Shown piece by piece: positions 15,230-30,840 of a DNA stretch of 64,000 bases (position 1 is its first letter; each line of letters starts with the position of its first letter). The DNA comes from the human T2T-CHM13v2.0 reference genome, Homo sapiens, in the NCBI RefSeq assembly GCF_009914755.1, contig NC_060927.1; one strand, written 5' to 3'. Both the position numbers and the translations under genes were made by a program. The notes under the pieces are model-generated. The model had not been told where the DNA came from and did not search any database. It saw only the letters and a program-made list of their open reading frames with translations.

Positions 15230-15342
15230 CCACTGGAATGTAAGCTGTGTGATAGGGGGCCAAATTTACTTTATCAATTGCTGCATCATTAGCAACTACC
15301 CATGCCTGGTATATGTTAAATCAATAATATTTGTTGAATAAA
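15230..15342 (+). mobile_element. L2 3' end
   Basis: 'actggaatgtaagct...atgcctggtatatg...aataatatttgttgaataaa'. Confidence 0.6.
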
Positions 15343-16621
15343 ACAGACCAAAAACTTCATATTTTTGGCAAAGAATTGGCATAAACAGCACAGGAGATAC
15401 AAAAGGCGGATGGGATTAATCTTGCTGCACCACCAGCCCCTCACTGCCAATAGAGGAGAATGAGGGTGGGTTGGGTGGAGGCAGATGAAGAGTGAGAGGT
15501 GGGAGGTGATGGTGGTAGTGGAGACAGATGACACAGAAAATCAGCTTCTTCCTGGTGAGTAATGGAGCTTTCCCCGACAACCTCCCCCCACCCCTTTCTC
15601 TTCCTATTCTCTCTAGTTCTAATTATCACCAGCTGGAGCCACTTAATCCTAACAGTTTACATGTTACTAAAGCATCTGTGAGAATGCAGTGCAGGCTTCA
15701 GCTAGCACCAAAACAATTTTTTTTTCTGATTTCGCTTGCTATACCTTTACCTCTTAGAATTTATTAATCTGAGGGATGGGAAAAACGACACAAATTACAT
15801 TATTTATTAGAGATACGAGTCTGTCTCCTTGTGGCACATCCCCGAAACTGGTCTCATCTGGGCTCATCCTGAATTGCATTTAATGCAGCATCACTATTTA
15901 ATTTATGGATTTAAGTTCCAAAAAGTTAAGGACAAAAATAAATGTGCATCAAGGACAAAAACAAATGTGCAACAACAAAAAAATATGCATCAAGATGCCT
16001 GTCTATCCATTCTCCTGAAAGAAACCAAAAGCGGGCTTATGAGGACCAAATTCATGTGAAAAAGCCATTTCGTGAATTAGGGAGATAGTGTTCAACTTGT
16101 AGATTTTGACATTTGGATATTTAAGACTTTGGAAGACATTGGAAATTAGTTGATTTGCCCATCATCTTTGAACACATAGAACTACTTTTGTGCCTACTCA
16201 GCCCTTCCTCTCCCTGGAGTGCCTCCTCGACATGCTTTGCCTGGGTATCTTCTGTGTGAACTGTGAGACTTATCTCAGCAATCACTTGAGCAGTCTATCC
16301 CTGCTGTCTGCAGACATTTCTTTAGCACTGTGACCACTGCTGTTCCCCCAACACTCCCATGCTCTGTTTTCATGGCAACATATGTCTCTTCAACCAGTTC
16401 TCCTCAGAAACTCTGGAATCTTTCAGAAAACAGTCTGAGAAATTCTCTCTACTTGATGAGTCAGGCAGTGCTGACCCTTCTCACAGAATTTATCATCAAT
16501 GCCCAAAGAGAGTAGAGCTTGACTCGCTTCCTTCTGTTCTATGCATTCTAGTTCCCTTTTAAATGTTGCACTAGCCCCAGCCTCAGCCGCAGCCCTCTTT
16601 AGTATTAAGATGGTGTCTATT

Positions 16622-16922
16622 GGCCAGGTGCAGTGGCTCATGCCTGTAATCCCAGGGCTTTGAGAGGCCCAAGGGGGGACTTGAGGCCAGGAGTTTGAGA
16701 CCAGCCTAGCCAACATGGCAAAACCACATCTCTACCAAAAATACAACAAAATTAGCTGGGCGTACTGGCACACGACAATAGTCTCAGCTGCTCAGGAGGC
16801 TGAGGCATGAGAATCATTTGAACCCAGGAGGCGGAGGTTGCAGTGAGCTGAGATCCCACCACTGCACTCCGGCCTGGGTGACAAAGCTAGATTCCATCTC
16901 CAAAAAAAAAAAAAAAAAAAAA
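16622..16922 (+). mobile_element. AluS (Sz/Sx-like)
   Basis: Full dimer, long A tail, TSD aagatggtgtct(a/g)tt. Confidence 0.92.
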
Positions 16923-16999
16923 AGATGGTGTCTGTTGAGCACAGTGTGTCTCAGTGAGTGGGCTCATGGACTTTCCTTCTGAGAGAAAACTCAACAAGC

Positions 17000-17377
17000 T
17001 TTTATGACCTGAATGTTTGTGTCCCAACAAATTCATATGTTGAAGTCCTACCCCGCAGTGTGATGGTATTTGGAGGTAGGGCCTTTAGGAGGTGATTGGG
17101 TTTAGGTGAGGGTAAGCCCTCAAGATGGGATTAATGTTCTTATAAGAAGAGGAACAGACCAGAACACATAGAACTACTTTGCAAAGTAGTTCTTTGCCAG
17201 GTGAGGACATGGAGAGAGGTGGTCATCTGAAAGCCAGGAAGAGGGCCCTCACCAGGAGCCAAACTGGTTGGTACCTTGATCTTAGACTTTATAGCCTTCA
17301 AATCTGTGAAAAATAAATATCTATCGTTTAAGCCACCCAGTCTATGACATATTGTTATAGCGGCCTGCGCTAAGACA
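17000..17377 (+). mobile_element. MLT1A-like MaLR LTR
   Basis: 'tgaatgtttgtgtccc...aattcatatgttgaagtcc' to 'tgttatagcggcctgcgctaagaca'. Confidence 0.85.
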
Positions 17378-17399
17378 CAAGCCAAAGCTCACTTTTATA

Positions 17400-17642
17400 C
17401 AGCATTGGAGCACTGCCTCCAGGGCCGGCTAGCCCAGGTTGGAATGCCAGTTCCTCTCTGTACAACTGTAAGACTTAGGGGAAGTTTCCTAACTTGTATG
17501 TGTCTCAGTTTCCCATCTGTAAAATGGGATTGATAATTATATCTATCTATAGTTGTTATGAGGAATAAATGAGTTAATCCATATAAAGCACTCAAAACAG
17601 TACAGGGCACAGTAAGGGCTCAACACATGTTAACCTCATTAT
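17400..17642 (+). mobile_element. MIR/MIRb
   Basis: Core 'tctcagtttcccatctgtaaaatggga' and tail 'ggcacagtaagggctcaacacatgtta'. Confidence 0.85.
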
Positions 17643-18266
17643 ATATGTTAACGTACAGCTGAACTTGGCGCACCGCTGATTCTGATGAATGTGATCATCA
17701 TCACTCGCTCCTGGCCTTCTGCGGTTCTTGCAACTCTGTTGACATTCCTGCATCCTGGGATATACAACACATACTCAACCATAAACCCTACGAGCCTGTT
17801 GTCTTGTGGAGGAAGCAGCCGAGCAGCACAGCTCTGGGATAGATCTCTCTTCCTCCCACATCTCTCTGAACACTTCTTTCCTTCGTATCCTCCCACAGGC
17901 CCACAATTTAAAAATTCTTATTTCTCCCAGAATACTAGAAAAGTGGTTGAAAGCACATGGGTCCCAGCTACTGTTCTAAAATTCACATCTAATTATGCCA
18001 CTTACCGTTTGAAAACACCTTTGATACTTTCTCATCTCCCATGGGATAAAATATGAACTTTCTAGAATGACTTTCATGTATCTTTCCTTATTTTGTAGTC
18101 CTGCCATCTCATGGCATTCCTTCCCATTGCCCTTCATTCTCATACTTGCACACCTCTTAACTTTGTTACCTCCATGTCTTCTGCACCCTCTCCCCTCTAC
18201 TAAGTTCTTTTCTTTGCCTGGTAATCTCTTACTGTCCTTGAAGATTCAGCTCAAAGTTCCCCTTTT

Positions 18267-18611
<345 letters not shown>

Positions 18612-18743
18612 TCACTTGTCTAATACAATTTTTACACCTACTTCTTCCTGGTTAGGGATCTCCAGTAAGAGAGAACTCCATTTAAAAGTTGTCTGCAGTG
18701 TCCTCTGTATGGGAGGAGATAGCATGGGAGGAGATAGATATGC

Positions 18744-18951
18744 TCTCTCCTTTGGAGTACAGAGTCATGTATTCAGCTGTCCCCTTGACACCTCCACTTG
18801 GCTGACCCAAAGGCAATTCACAGTTGATGTGTTCCTCACAGATTTCCAACCAAGACCTGATCTTCCTTAGTCTCTCCTATTTCAGTGAATGATCCTACTA
18901 TCCATCTAGTTATATAAATTAGAAACTCCAGAGTCAGTCTTAATACATCCT
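18744..18951 (+). repeat. 208-bp displaced copy of 20520-20727
   Basis: Direct comparison shows 3 substitutions in 208 bp. Confidence 0.95.
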
Positions 18952-20479
18952 CTTATTATTATTATATGTAATTATAAATAATTATAGATTATTTTTGTTC
19001 TGTGAAAAATTATTCAAGAAGCTCTTTTTAATTATATTTTGGGGGCTGAACTTGTTTGTAGCTGCTGCGAGGAATGGTTTTGAATCTTTTCCTAGAGAGA
19101 AGTATGTATACCTTTCTTTCTCTCCTATACATTACCGTGTGGCTATATTATTAAATTAACTATATTTTGCTCAATTAGTAAGTGGATTTTAGGGGTGAGT
19201 GAAATGATTTCTCTCTGTGTTAAATTGGTAAAATTCCATGTGAAAAGCACTGTTGTATGAAGGCTTTTTCCTAAGTACAAACCTATAATATTAGCTTGTT
19301 ATTGTGTTGTACAGTTCCCTCCTATAATTGTGGGTGTGAAGTTTGCATTTTACTGTTTGTGTTTTATTTACTCTACTGTGGAGATGTTCTTGGCCACACA
19401 TTTCTAAATCCCTTAGGTTTCCCACTTTATGGCTTTTTGACAACCAATTTGGGGTTTGTAAGATATGATATATAATTTATAATGAAGTCGAACATGTGTT
19501 CATCTCTATTTTTATTTCAATTATAGTTATCAAGAATCACAAAAATGTACATTGATAAAGTACTATACCATCAGCAAAGATTTTTATAACAAGATGTGGA
19601 ACTTCAAACAGGAGTTATATGACACAGTATAATAAATGGTGGCATCGTTTTTTTGAAATGTGAAAGCCAGATCTTTTATATGCTGTATTTTCTAGACTAC
19701 TACTGGGTCCTCCCAAAAAAAGAAGGGCTGGGGAGGTGAAAAGTAAACATTTTAAGTTCTGAAAATTATTATAGTAAAAATGGAAACTACTTAGATAAGA
19801 TATCTAAGATAAAAAGGCAAAAGGATAAATTTATTTTAGGGGGAGGCTCTAATTCCCATTTCACCATTTGGCTTAATGTCATGGGTGACAACGTCTACCC
19901 TATTGTGAGGCTAGATGCAAAAGAATGTTTTCTTTGACAAAAATGTTCAAAATTAAGTTATTGGAGTTGGGGGAGTCTCATTGAAAAAGCATTTGTGAAT
20001 TTTATCACGGAAGGATATTTGGTCATCTTCTCATTCAGCTTTTGGAAAGATCTGGTAAGGAGGAAGGACCTGAACGGATCCACATCCTGAAGAATTTGCC
20101 ATACACAGAAGGAAGAAAGGAAAACATATTGAGTAGGGAGATAAAGGAAGGGTATAATATATAGACAAAGTGTAGAGGTAAATACTCATCATTCAGGCTT
20201 GGAGGATGGCAAGTAGACCAGTTTGATTGGCCTAGAGATGTTTGGAATTTGACTGTTTACCTGTAAGAGTGGTGGGAGAAGTTGAGACCAGATTGTGAAG
20301 TAACCAGAATAGTACCAATATCAAATGTTTATATCTTACTCTGTAGAAAGGAGGGAGGCATTGTTCTTGGAGGGAAGAGATGGTGTCTTAGGACTTTTTC
20401 CCTCTGCTGTTTTTAACACAGTACCTGGTACACTGAAGGCATTCAGTAATACCCGAATAGAATGAATGAGTAAAGAGGA

Positions 20480-21345
20480 GTAGCTTCCATGACTCATAAG
20501 TTTCTATCTCCAACGTAGATCTCTCCTTTGGAGTACAGAGTCATGTATTCAGCTGTCCCCTTGACACCTTCACTTGGCTGACCCAAAGGCAATTCACAGT
20601 TGATGTGTTCCTCACAGATTTCCAACCAAGACCTGATCTTCTTCAGTCTCTCCTATTTCAGTGAATGATCCTACTATCCATCTAGTTATATAAATTAGAA
20701 ACTCCAGAGTCAGTCTTAATACATCCTTTTACCCACCATCTCCAATATGCCACCAAGTGGTACTGATGTCACCTTCTAAATATGTCTCAAATCAACCCAT
20801 TTCTCCCGATCTTCACTGGTCAGTGCTGCAAACAATCCACCCCAGGATCACTGCACTCACTTCTAACTGGTCTCTTTGCAAGCACTTTGATTTTCCTTCA
20901 GAATAATCTCTATGCAGCAACCAAAGAGATTTTTTTTCTATTGGCAAATATGATTATGTTCCTCCAAACTTAAGAGCGTAAGTAACTTCCTATTCCTCAT
21001 AGGGTGAGACCAAATCTTTGACACGGCCTGCTGGTCCTTTACTCTGTAACCCCACTTCCTTCCCAGGCTTGTTTAGCTTTCCCTTTAACTGCTGCTCTTT
21101 CTTTTGGTTTCCACTGGGTCCCCATTTCTTCACCCTCCTGACTAGATTAGTTCCTCCTTTGTATGGAGCACCATGTGCCTTGGTTTTGTAGCACCTATTA
21201 TAGCTGAAACTGTTCATTAATTGTTTTGTTTGGTTATTAACATTCGTTTTTTCCACAGATTGAGTTCTATGAAGGTAGGATCTGTTCAGCATTAAATTTC
21301 CAGTAGTTAGCACAGCAACTGGTGGGCATTCAGTGAATTGAATTA
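20480..21345 (+). mobile_element. L2 (3' part); contains the donor of the 208-bp duplication
   Basis: 'atgactcataagtttctatctcc...tctctcc', 'ctaactggtctc', and an L2-type 3' end near 21330. Confidence 0.75.
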
Positions 21346-21461
21346 CTAATTACATAATTATGTATCTATATAAATTTATATATACACACATAATCTAGTG
21401 GCGGCATGGAAACTGAACAGGTATGTGAAGAATTGGAGACTATTAGAACATTCCCACCATC

Positions 21462-21768
<307 letters not shown>

Positions 21769-22837
21769 CTACACAGTGTGACAAGAGTTTGAGCTGCATC
21801 TGTGGCAATGGCAAGTGAAATCTTGGATGTGGGAGCTATTGTGAAGAAAGTGGTGAATAGAGAGGCAAGAAAAACACAGTGAGCTCAATTTTCTGTAAAC
21901 AGTGGTAATTTCTGGACATCTGCAAGAGAATTAGTGTGATATAGATGATGGCCACTCTTCTTTCTCTCTCCTTCTCTCTCTGTTTTGCATGCATGCACTC
22001 ACACAAACACAACACAAACACACTCAGAGAAGCCTCCAATTTGTGTGTGTTCAGGTGGGACTGAGAAGACTGACGTGGAAGCAGGCACTTCTACACTGTA
22101 TTTATATTAAGACTGCCCTTTGATTTGCAGCTGTGGCATCTATTTGCAGAGTTTGGCTAATTTTTCATTTTAGATTCATGTTCTTCCTGTTGTTTTAGCT
22201 CAGAAATAAACAGTATGCTCAGAGCTATCAATGAGGAAAAGGGCTGAAAAATCTCATTTTTAGCTCTATTAAGCTAGTCTGTGATTTGTCAGAGCATAGT
22301 CAGAGTCCATCCTTATGGATTTACTACTGCCGGATATCAAGTTCGCAAAATGCAAAGTACCCTTGGATTGCTGTGTGTTACAGAGGCTACGATCTAATTC
22401 TTATGAAGAACACAAGGGATATGCTAAACAGATTTTTTTCTAACTTTTAAAAATAATAAAACCAAAACATTATACCAATCTTCTGTGTTTTTTATTTTGC
22501 ATATTTTCTTCTAGTCTTTGTGCATTTACATATATGTCTCACAGTTATCTTTCCCATTTTATTTACTATTTTTCACCTCACATACAAAGTATTTTCTCAT
22601 GTTTCTGTACATTCTTCCTAAATATCCTTTTTCATGAATCCGTATTTCAACAGATTTATTTATCTTGATTTATTTTATCATTCTTCTACACTGACTGTTT
22701 TAGATTTATTCCCCAATTTTTACTGTTAGATGATGGTGTAGTACATACAGCTTTTTCCTTTGCTAATTTATTTACCCAAGCTAAATTTCCCAATGTGGGA
22801 ATTCAAAGTTAAATAGTATAGACCTCTTGAACTCTTT

Positions 22838-23111
22838 TTTAAACTTATTATAATACAGTTTTAAATTGACACATAATAATTGTACAAGTTTATGGGGTAT
22901 ATAAAATGTATAATGTTTTGGTACATATAATGTATAATGATCACATCAGGGTAATTAGCATATTCATCGTCTCAAACACTTATCATTCCTTTGTGTTGGG
23001 AACATTCAATACCCTCCTTCTAGCTATTGGAAACTATATAATACATTGTTGTTAACTATAGTTCATCCTACAGTGGTATAGAGCACTAGAACCTATTCCT
23101 CCTATCTAGCT
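22838..23111 (-). mobile_element. L1MA 3' end, inside an older L1ME remnant
   Basis: 'ttgacacataataattgtac...atcagggtaattagcatat'; TSD ttgaactctt on both sides. Confidence 0.8.
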
Positions 23112-23524
23112 TTGAACTCTTGATACATATTGTTAAATTGCTTTCCCAAGCAATTTAGCAAACTATTATGTTTATATAATGTCAAACCATTATGACAATT
23201 CATACCAAAAGTGTATGAAAGCAGACAAATATATTTGCACAATGTCATGTACAATGTCCTTTTTTAGGTCATGTACAGTAAATGGCATCTTTGAGAGATA
23301 AAGATATGACATTGTAAAGTTAAACTTGGGATTATGCTGTGGTTGGAAAAATATAGAAACACAAACAGGAGAAAACTCTTTGAAGGATGTAAAATTGCAG
23401 ATTAAGAAATTCAGGAAGCTCAGGAGATACTTAAAGATATTAAAGAGATACTAAAAATGGAAAACTGGTTGAGGTTGAATGAGAGAGCTGCAAGAGAAGA
23501 AAGAAATCTTTTAGGATGAGCTTT

Positions 23525-23968
23525 GTATTCATTTTCTGGGGCCACTGTAACAAAGTACTATAAGCCTGTGTGGATTAAGCAACAGAAATGTATTGTCTCA
23601 CAGTTCTGGAGGCTAGATATTAGAAACCAAGGTATTGGCAGGGTTGGCTCCTTCTGAGGGCTGTGAGGGAGAATCTGTTCCAAGCTGCTGTCCTAGTTTT
23701 TGGTAGCTTCCAGCATTCCTTGGCTTGTAGGTGATGTTCTCTCTGTGACTTCCTTCAATTGCCTTCCCTCTATGCATCTCGGTCTCTGTGTCCAAATTCC
23801 CCCCTTTAATAAAGGACACAGTCGTATTGGATTAGGGCCCACTGTAATGGCCTTATTTCAACTTGGTCATCTGCAAAGACCCTATTTCCAAATAAGGCCA
23901 CATTCTTAGATACTGAGGGATACGTGAATCCCATTATCCTTCTGGGAGACCGAGTTCAATTAGTAACA
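23525..23968 (-). mobile_element. MLT1C-like MaLR LTR
   Basis: 'tgtattcattttctggggccactgtaacaaagtac...ggattagggcccac...agtaaca'. Confidence 0.82.
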
Positions 23969-24019
23969 AACCTCAAATGCAAATTTATGAGCAGACAAGA
24001 TGGATTAAGCGCAGGACAG

Positions 24020-24250
24020 TGGGGAGAGATTGTGCTTTAAAGTCAGGCAGTGCTAGGGTTGAGTCCCAATTGAGCTATTTATTGCTTCTGTGATCTTGAG
24101 TATGCTATTTATTGTCTCTGAGCCTCTAGTTGCCTCATCTTAAAATGGACTAATTTTACCTATTTTGCAGTGTTATGAGGATTGGAGCTAATGAAAGCAA
24201 AATATCTTAGTACAGTGTCTGACCTCATGAGTGTTTGATAAGAGGTGGCT
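24020..24250 (+). mobile_element. MIR
   Basis: 'tctctgagcctctagttgcctcatcttaaaatgg' core. Confidence 0.7.
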
Positions 24251-24267
24251 TAAAAAATGTCACTCTT

Positions 24268-24593
<326 letters not shown>

Positions 24594-25910
24594 CTATCGT
24601 CAGAGGTGGTGGGATTCCTTGCCAGAGGATCCTTTCTGAATGTAGATCTCAACAGCACAGGTAATCTTTGTTTAGGGAAGATTTCTCCTAATGACCCTTT
24701 AGGATCCCAAGTGGTAGACAAAGTACAACTGACCTAAATACATACAGACTGGATCTGCAGCAATCACCAAAGTTTTTTTCTTTCTCTTATTCTCATTTTC
24801 TCTGACAGCCTCCTTTTTCAGTCATAGAACTCCTTCAGAGTTCATGACTAAAAATGACGTGGAGTGTCAAGGTGGTAAGGCAAGGTGGAGTTTAGGATTT
24901 AGTGATATCTTGTTTTAGATGCTAATTTTATTGGTGTGGATTTGACATTAGTAAGCATCCCTAATAGTCTTCAAAAAGTGTTTTTTAAAAATAGAGACAC
25001 ACAACAGGTCAAGTGTTTGGCACCATTTTCTGCATTGACTTGAGGTTAAGGAAAAATTCAGCCTGGGAGGCAGCAGATTGCTTTCTAGTTTGACTGATGG
25101 CCTTTCTACAGTAGGATGGATCACACTCCAAGTAGGAGACAGTGAGGAGGAAACTCAGGATTTGCTCAGAATCCTGAATAATCTTTTGCTAAAGGGATTT
25201 GAATATGACAAAATCTGAGGAAGAGACATTATTTGTATGTACACTTTTTGGTCTTCTGGTTTTAATCTGCAGGCACAAAGAATGATCAATATAGTCTCAG
25301 GTAATAATGGGAGAGGATATAATGTTTATTTGGCAGGTGAAGAAGGGACAACTTTGGTGTGTTTTAGATGAAGATATTAGAGTAATGTGTGAACTTCCAT
25401 TGGCATACCCAGATAGGAACAGGTCTTTTTGTTCAGGAACAAAGTGGAGCTACTTATCTGCTCTGTGAAACAGCTTCAAAGTCACCCATTTGTCATTTGA
25501 ATCCACCTGGTTTAGACATTTATCTTTTACAAATGATTTAACTTGGGAAATTTTTTTTTAAAGATACTAGAGATCATTGAGAATGGCTGAAACAATGTTA
25601 TGAAACAAACTGTGTAAGGTTTACTAAAGTTATAATAAACAACAAACTACTCCTAAGATTCTAAATGTTTGTTTCTAGGCTGGTCTCATTGGGAGATTAG
25701 TGAAAGCTTTCGAATGGTTTAAATAAAGAAATACCTTTCCCTGGTCCAGGGTGCATTTCCTTTTGTATAGTTGTAGTTGCAGCTGTGCATTGTCTAGTTG
25801 TAATTGTAGCTGTAGTCTATGCTGATTCACACTCTGTGTATCTTCTGTACTAGTTTTGTCGTGGACTTGAATCAGAGTCTAAATATTCCTGGCATAGAAT
25901 TCTCAGCCTC

Positions 25911-26246
<336 letters not shown>

Positions 26247-26859
26247 TTAGAACTTCAGGAATAAAATTTTGGAATGTGGAATGAAACTCTTGGAACTTGT
26301 GCTATTTTCCATGTATTTTTTTCCAGAGGGATGGAGAGGTCATCTCTGGTTTGATAGAGACAATATTCAGTCAGAGCTTGGATAAGACATGCCATTTTCT
26401 GAAGTTAGCACCATGGGAGACACTGGAAATTTTTTACTTTATGTTGACTATTCTAAGATATCTCTGAGTTTTATCACTATCGTGGTGTTCCAGGGACCTG
26501 AAGATCCACTAAGGGTTTTAGTTGTGCTCAGGAGGCTTGAGCTTGGCCTCCTGGTGATTGACCAATGGCTAAGTCCTCATCTGAATTATGGGCCCACAAG
26601 AAGGCCTAACAATCTCAGCAATACCAGTAGGTCATCTACACTTAATGCTCTAGTGGTCCAAACACTGTATTAAGCACTTAGGTACCCTGGGCTCTTATAC
26701 CAAGAGATGTAGGCAAGGAAGCAGACCCTGTTTTTTTCTCTCCCACCCTGGGTTTCAGGGGAAGATACCCTTAAAGTCTTCATTCTTTTGTAGGAAGTAT
26801 GCAGCTGGCATCAGAAGCTGGAAGATAGGATCTTCCCGGATCACAGCTCCTGTTCAGAA

Positions 26860-26930
26860 AGTCTGAGGATGTCAGACTGAGACTGTTGAGTCTGAGGATG
26901 TCAGACTGAGATTGTTGAGTCTCAGGATGT
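26860..26930. repeat. 29-bp tandem repeat, ~2.4 copies
   Basis: Unit agtctgaggatgtcagactgaga(c/t)tgttg. Confidence 0.85.
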
Positions 26931-27492
26931 TGCAGGACAGGATGGATGAAGAATGCTAGTCCTGGCAGTTGGGGCCTAAGGCCAGGGCCCTTTTTTATCA
27001 CTTTCTTGTGTTGCCTCTCTGCCCAAGAAAAAATCTGTCTCTTGCATACAGCTCCTCTAATACGTGTCCATTAGAAGGAAGGAGTTTCTTTAATGAGCTC
27101 TATGGTTTTATCTTGCTCATAACAGCTTAGTTTAATGCCACTGAAACTGTAACATTTTTTTGTGCCTAATATCAACTGACAAATATAAAGTTATTCCTAA
27201 TTTATTAATTCAAATGATATATTGCAAAATAAAATCTGCTTAATATGAAAAGAAGTAATCACTATGACTGTTGCTTTTTCCTTTACAAAAGTCAGGATAA
27301 TTGTTAACAATGTTCTTTAGAAAGTTCCCCCATATATTTCTTTAATGAATGATCCATCTTTAATGAATGATCCATCATTTCCCAACAGATTTGAAATACC
27401 ACTTTTTTATATATGCTCCCACATATGCCTGGTTTGTTTCTGGGCCCCATTTATTTCACTGACTTATTTTTCCATTTCTGTACCAGAACAAA

Positions 27493-27824
<332 letters not shown>

Positions 27825-28946
27825 ACAAATTTTTTTAATGTACACTGTAAGGCATATTTTGAATGTGTAGGACTAGACTCGATTATTTACTTTTAAATGA
27901 TTTTTGACAATTCTGCATTTATTCTTTTGAAATGTCTCTTTAATTTAAAACAAATCTGTTAATATCAATGAGATTTTGCTTGGACTTGAACTGCTAGATT
28001 AACTAGCAGGGAGGTGTTGATATCCTTACGATATTAAATATTCCTATCATTAACATGATATATTTCTCCACTTTAGATATCTACTTTCCTCTTCTTCAGC
28101 AAAATGTTATTACTTTCTTTATGCAAAGATCACTTTGTGCATTTTTCCAAATATTTCCTTGCTTACTCACATTTTGTTAGAAAACTATAAAATTTTTATT
28201 GTATCTTTGTTTTATAAATTGAATTTTCAAAAGTTATATGATCCTCTTGTTATTGCCGGAATAGAAAAGGTATTGGTTTTGATATATTTACCTTATATTC
28301 AAAATTCTAATAAACTATCTTAGTACCTCCAATTTATTTTAGTTGATTTTCTTGCAATTTCAGATTACCTTGGTTAGACATTCATATCATCTTTAAATAG
28401 CTTAGTCTCTGTCTGATATTTATACCCCGATTTTCTTTTTCCTGATAAATCTTATAGTCTAGGACCAACAGGGTAATAGTTGTGGAGGGTGGGTATCCTT
28501 GTCTTATTTCCAGATGAAATGAGATTGTCTTATTTCCAGATGAAAAGAGAACATCTGCATTGTATGTTCCGTTGTCTTCTGTTAAATGCTGTCTTGTGTT
28601 GGAGAAGTTTAAATTATAGAGGACTTACTTATTCTTCAAAATTTTGATAGAACTTTTATATAAAAATATCTGGGCCTGGTGTCTTTTGGGGGAATAAACT
28701 TTTGACTACATTTTCCATTTTTCTGTGGTTATTGGTTTGAACTTTCAAATGTTCAGTTACTTTTTGCATTTTGGTAATTTAAATTTTCATGTATAATAAT
28801 CCTTTCTTATAGCTTCAACATCATTGATTAGGGAGTTTTAACATAGTATTATTTTGTAATAAAAAACTCTATCTTATAATTGCTTCTCTTCATCTTTTTA
28901 TTATTTATGTCTTTGCTCTTTCTTGGTTAGACTTGTTAAATATATT

Positions 28947-29010
28947 TCTTTTTTTAAAAACAGGGTCCCAAGTAGCTGGGATTATAGGTGCGTGCCACCA
29001 TGCCTGGGCT
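28947..29010 (-). mobile_element. Short, internally deleted Alu fragment
   Basis: 'tcccaagtagctgggattataggtgcgtgccaccatgcctgg' preceded by a T tract. Confidence 0.7.
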
Positions 29011-29121
29011 ACATATTTCTGTTTTAGTAGTCTTTCGAAAAAAGTAGCTCTGTATTTTAAAGTCTGGCATTTTTGTGTGCTATTTTTTATTCCACGCATT
29101 TTGTTTATTAAGAAAGTTACC

Positions 29122-30126
<1,005 letters not shown>

Positions 30127-30178
30127 AGTTACCTTTGGATTTATTTTCTTGTTCTCTTTCTGGTTCATTAGTTGAATG

Positions 30179-30537
30179 TTCCCTTCCCTTACCTTCCCCT
30201 CCCCTCCCCTCCCCTCCCTTCCCCTCCTTTCCCCTCACCTCCCCTCCTCTCCCCTCCCCTCCTCTCCCCTCCCGTCCTCTCCCCTCCCCTCCCCTCCCCT
30301 CCTCTCCCCTTCTTTTCCCTTCCCTTCCTTCCTTTCTCTCTCTTTCTTTCTCTCTCTTTCTCCCTTTCTCTCTCTTTCTTCCTTCATTCCTTCTTCCTTC
30401 CTTCCTCTCTCTTTTCTTTCTTTCTCTTTTCTCCTTCTTTCCTTCCTTCCTTCATTTCTGTGTCTCTCTCTTTCTCTCCTTCTTTCTTTCTCTCTCTCTC
30501 TCTCCCTTCCTTCTTTTCTTTTCTTTTTTTTCTTTTT

Positions 30538-30540
<3 letters not shown>
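30179..30540. repeat. ~360-bp polypyrimidine tract ((CCCCT)n, (CCTT)n, (CT)n, (CTTT)n), expanded Alu tail
   Basis: Almost purely C/T on the + strand and contiguous with a minus-strand Alu. Confidence 0.95.

Positions 30541-30840
<300 letters not shown>

Noticed and set aside
15481-15560. Strong donor CTG|GTGAGT
   Set aside because: No convincing upstream acceptor, and upstream frames contain stops.
16360-16475. RFX-like (gttttcatggcaac) and AP-1 (tgagtca) motifs
   Set aside because: Short motifs expected by chance in 64 kb; no supporting context.
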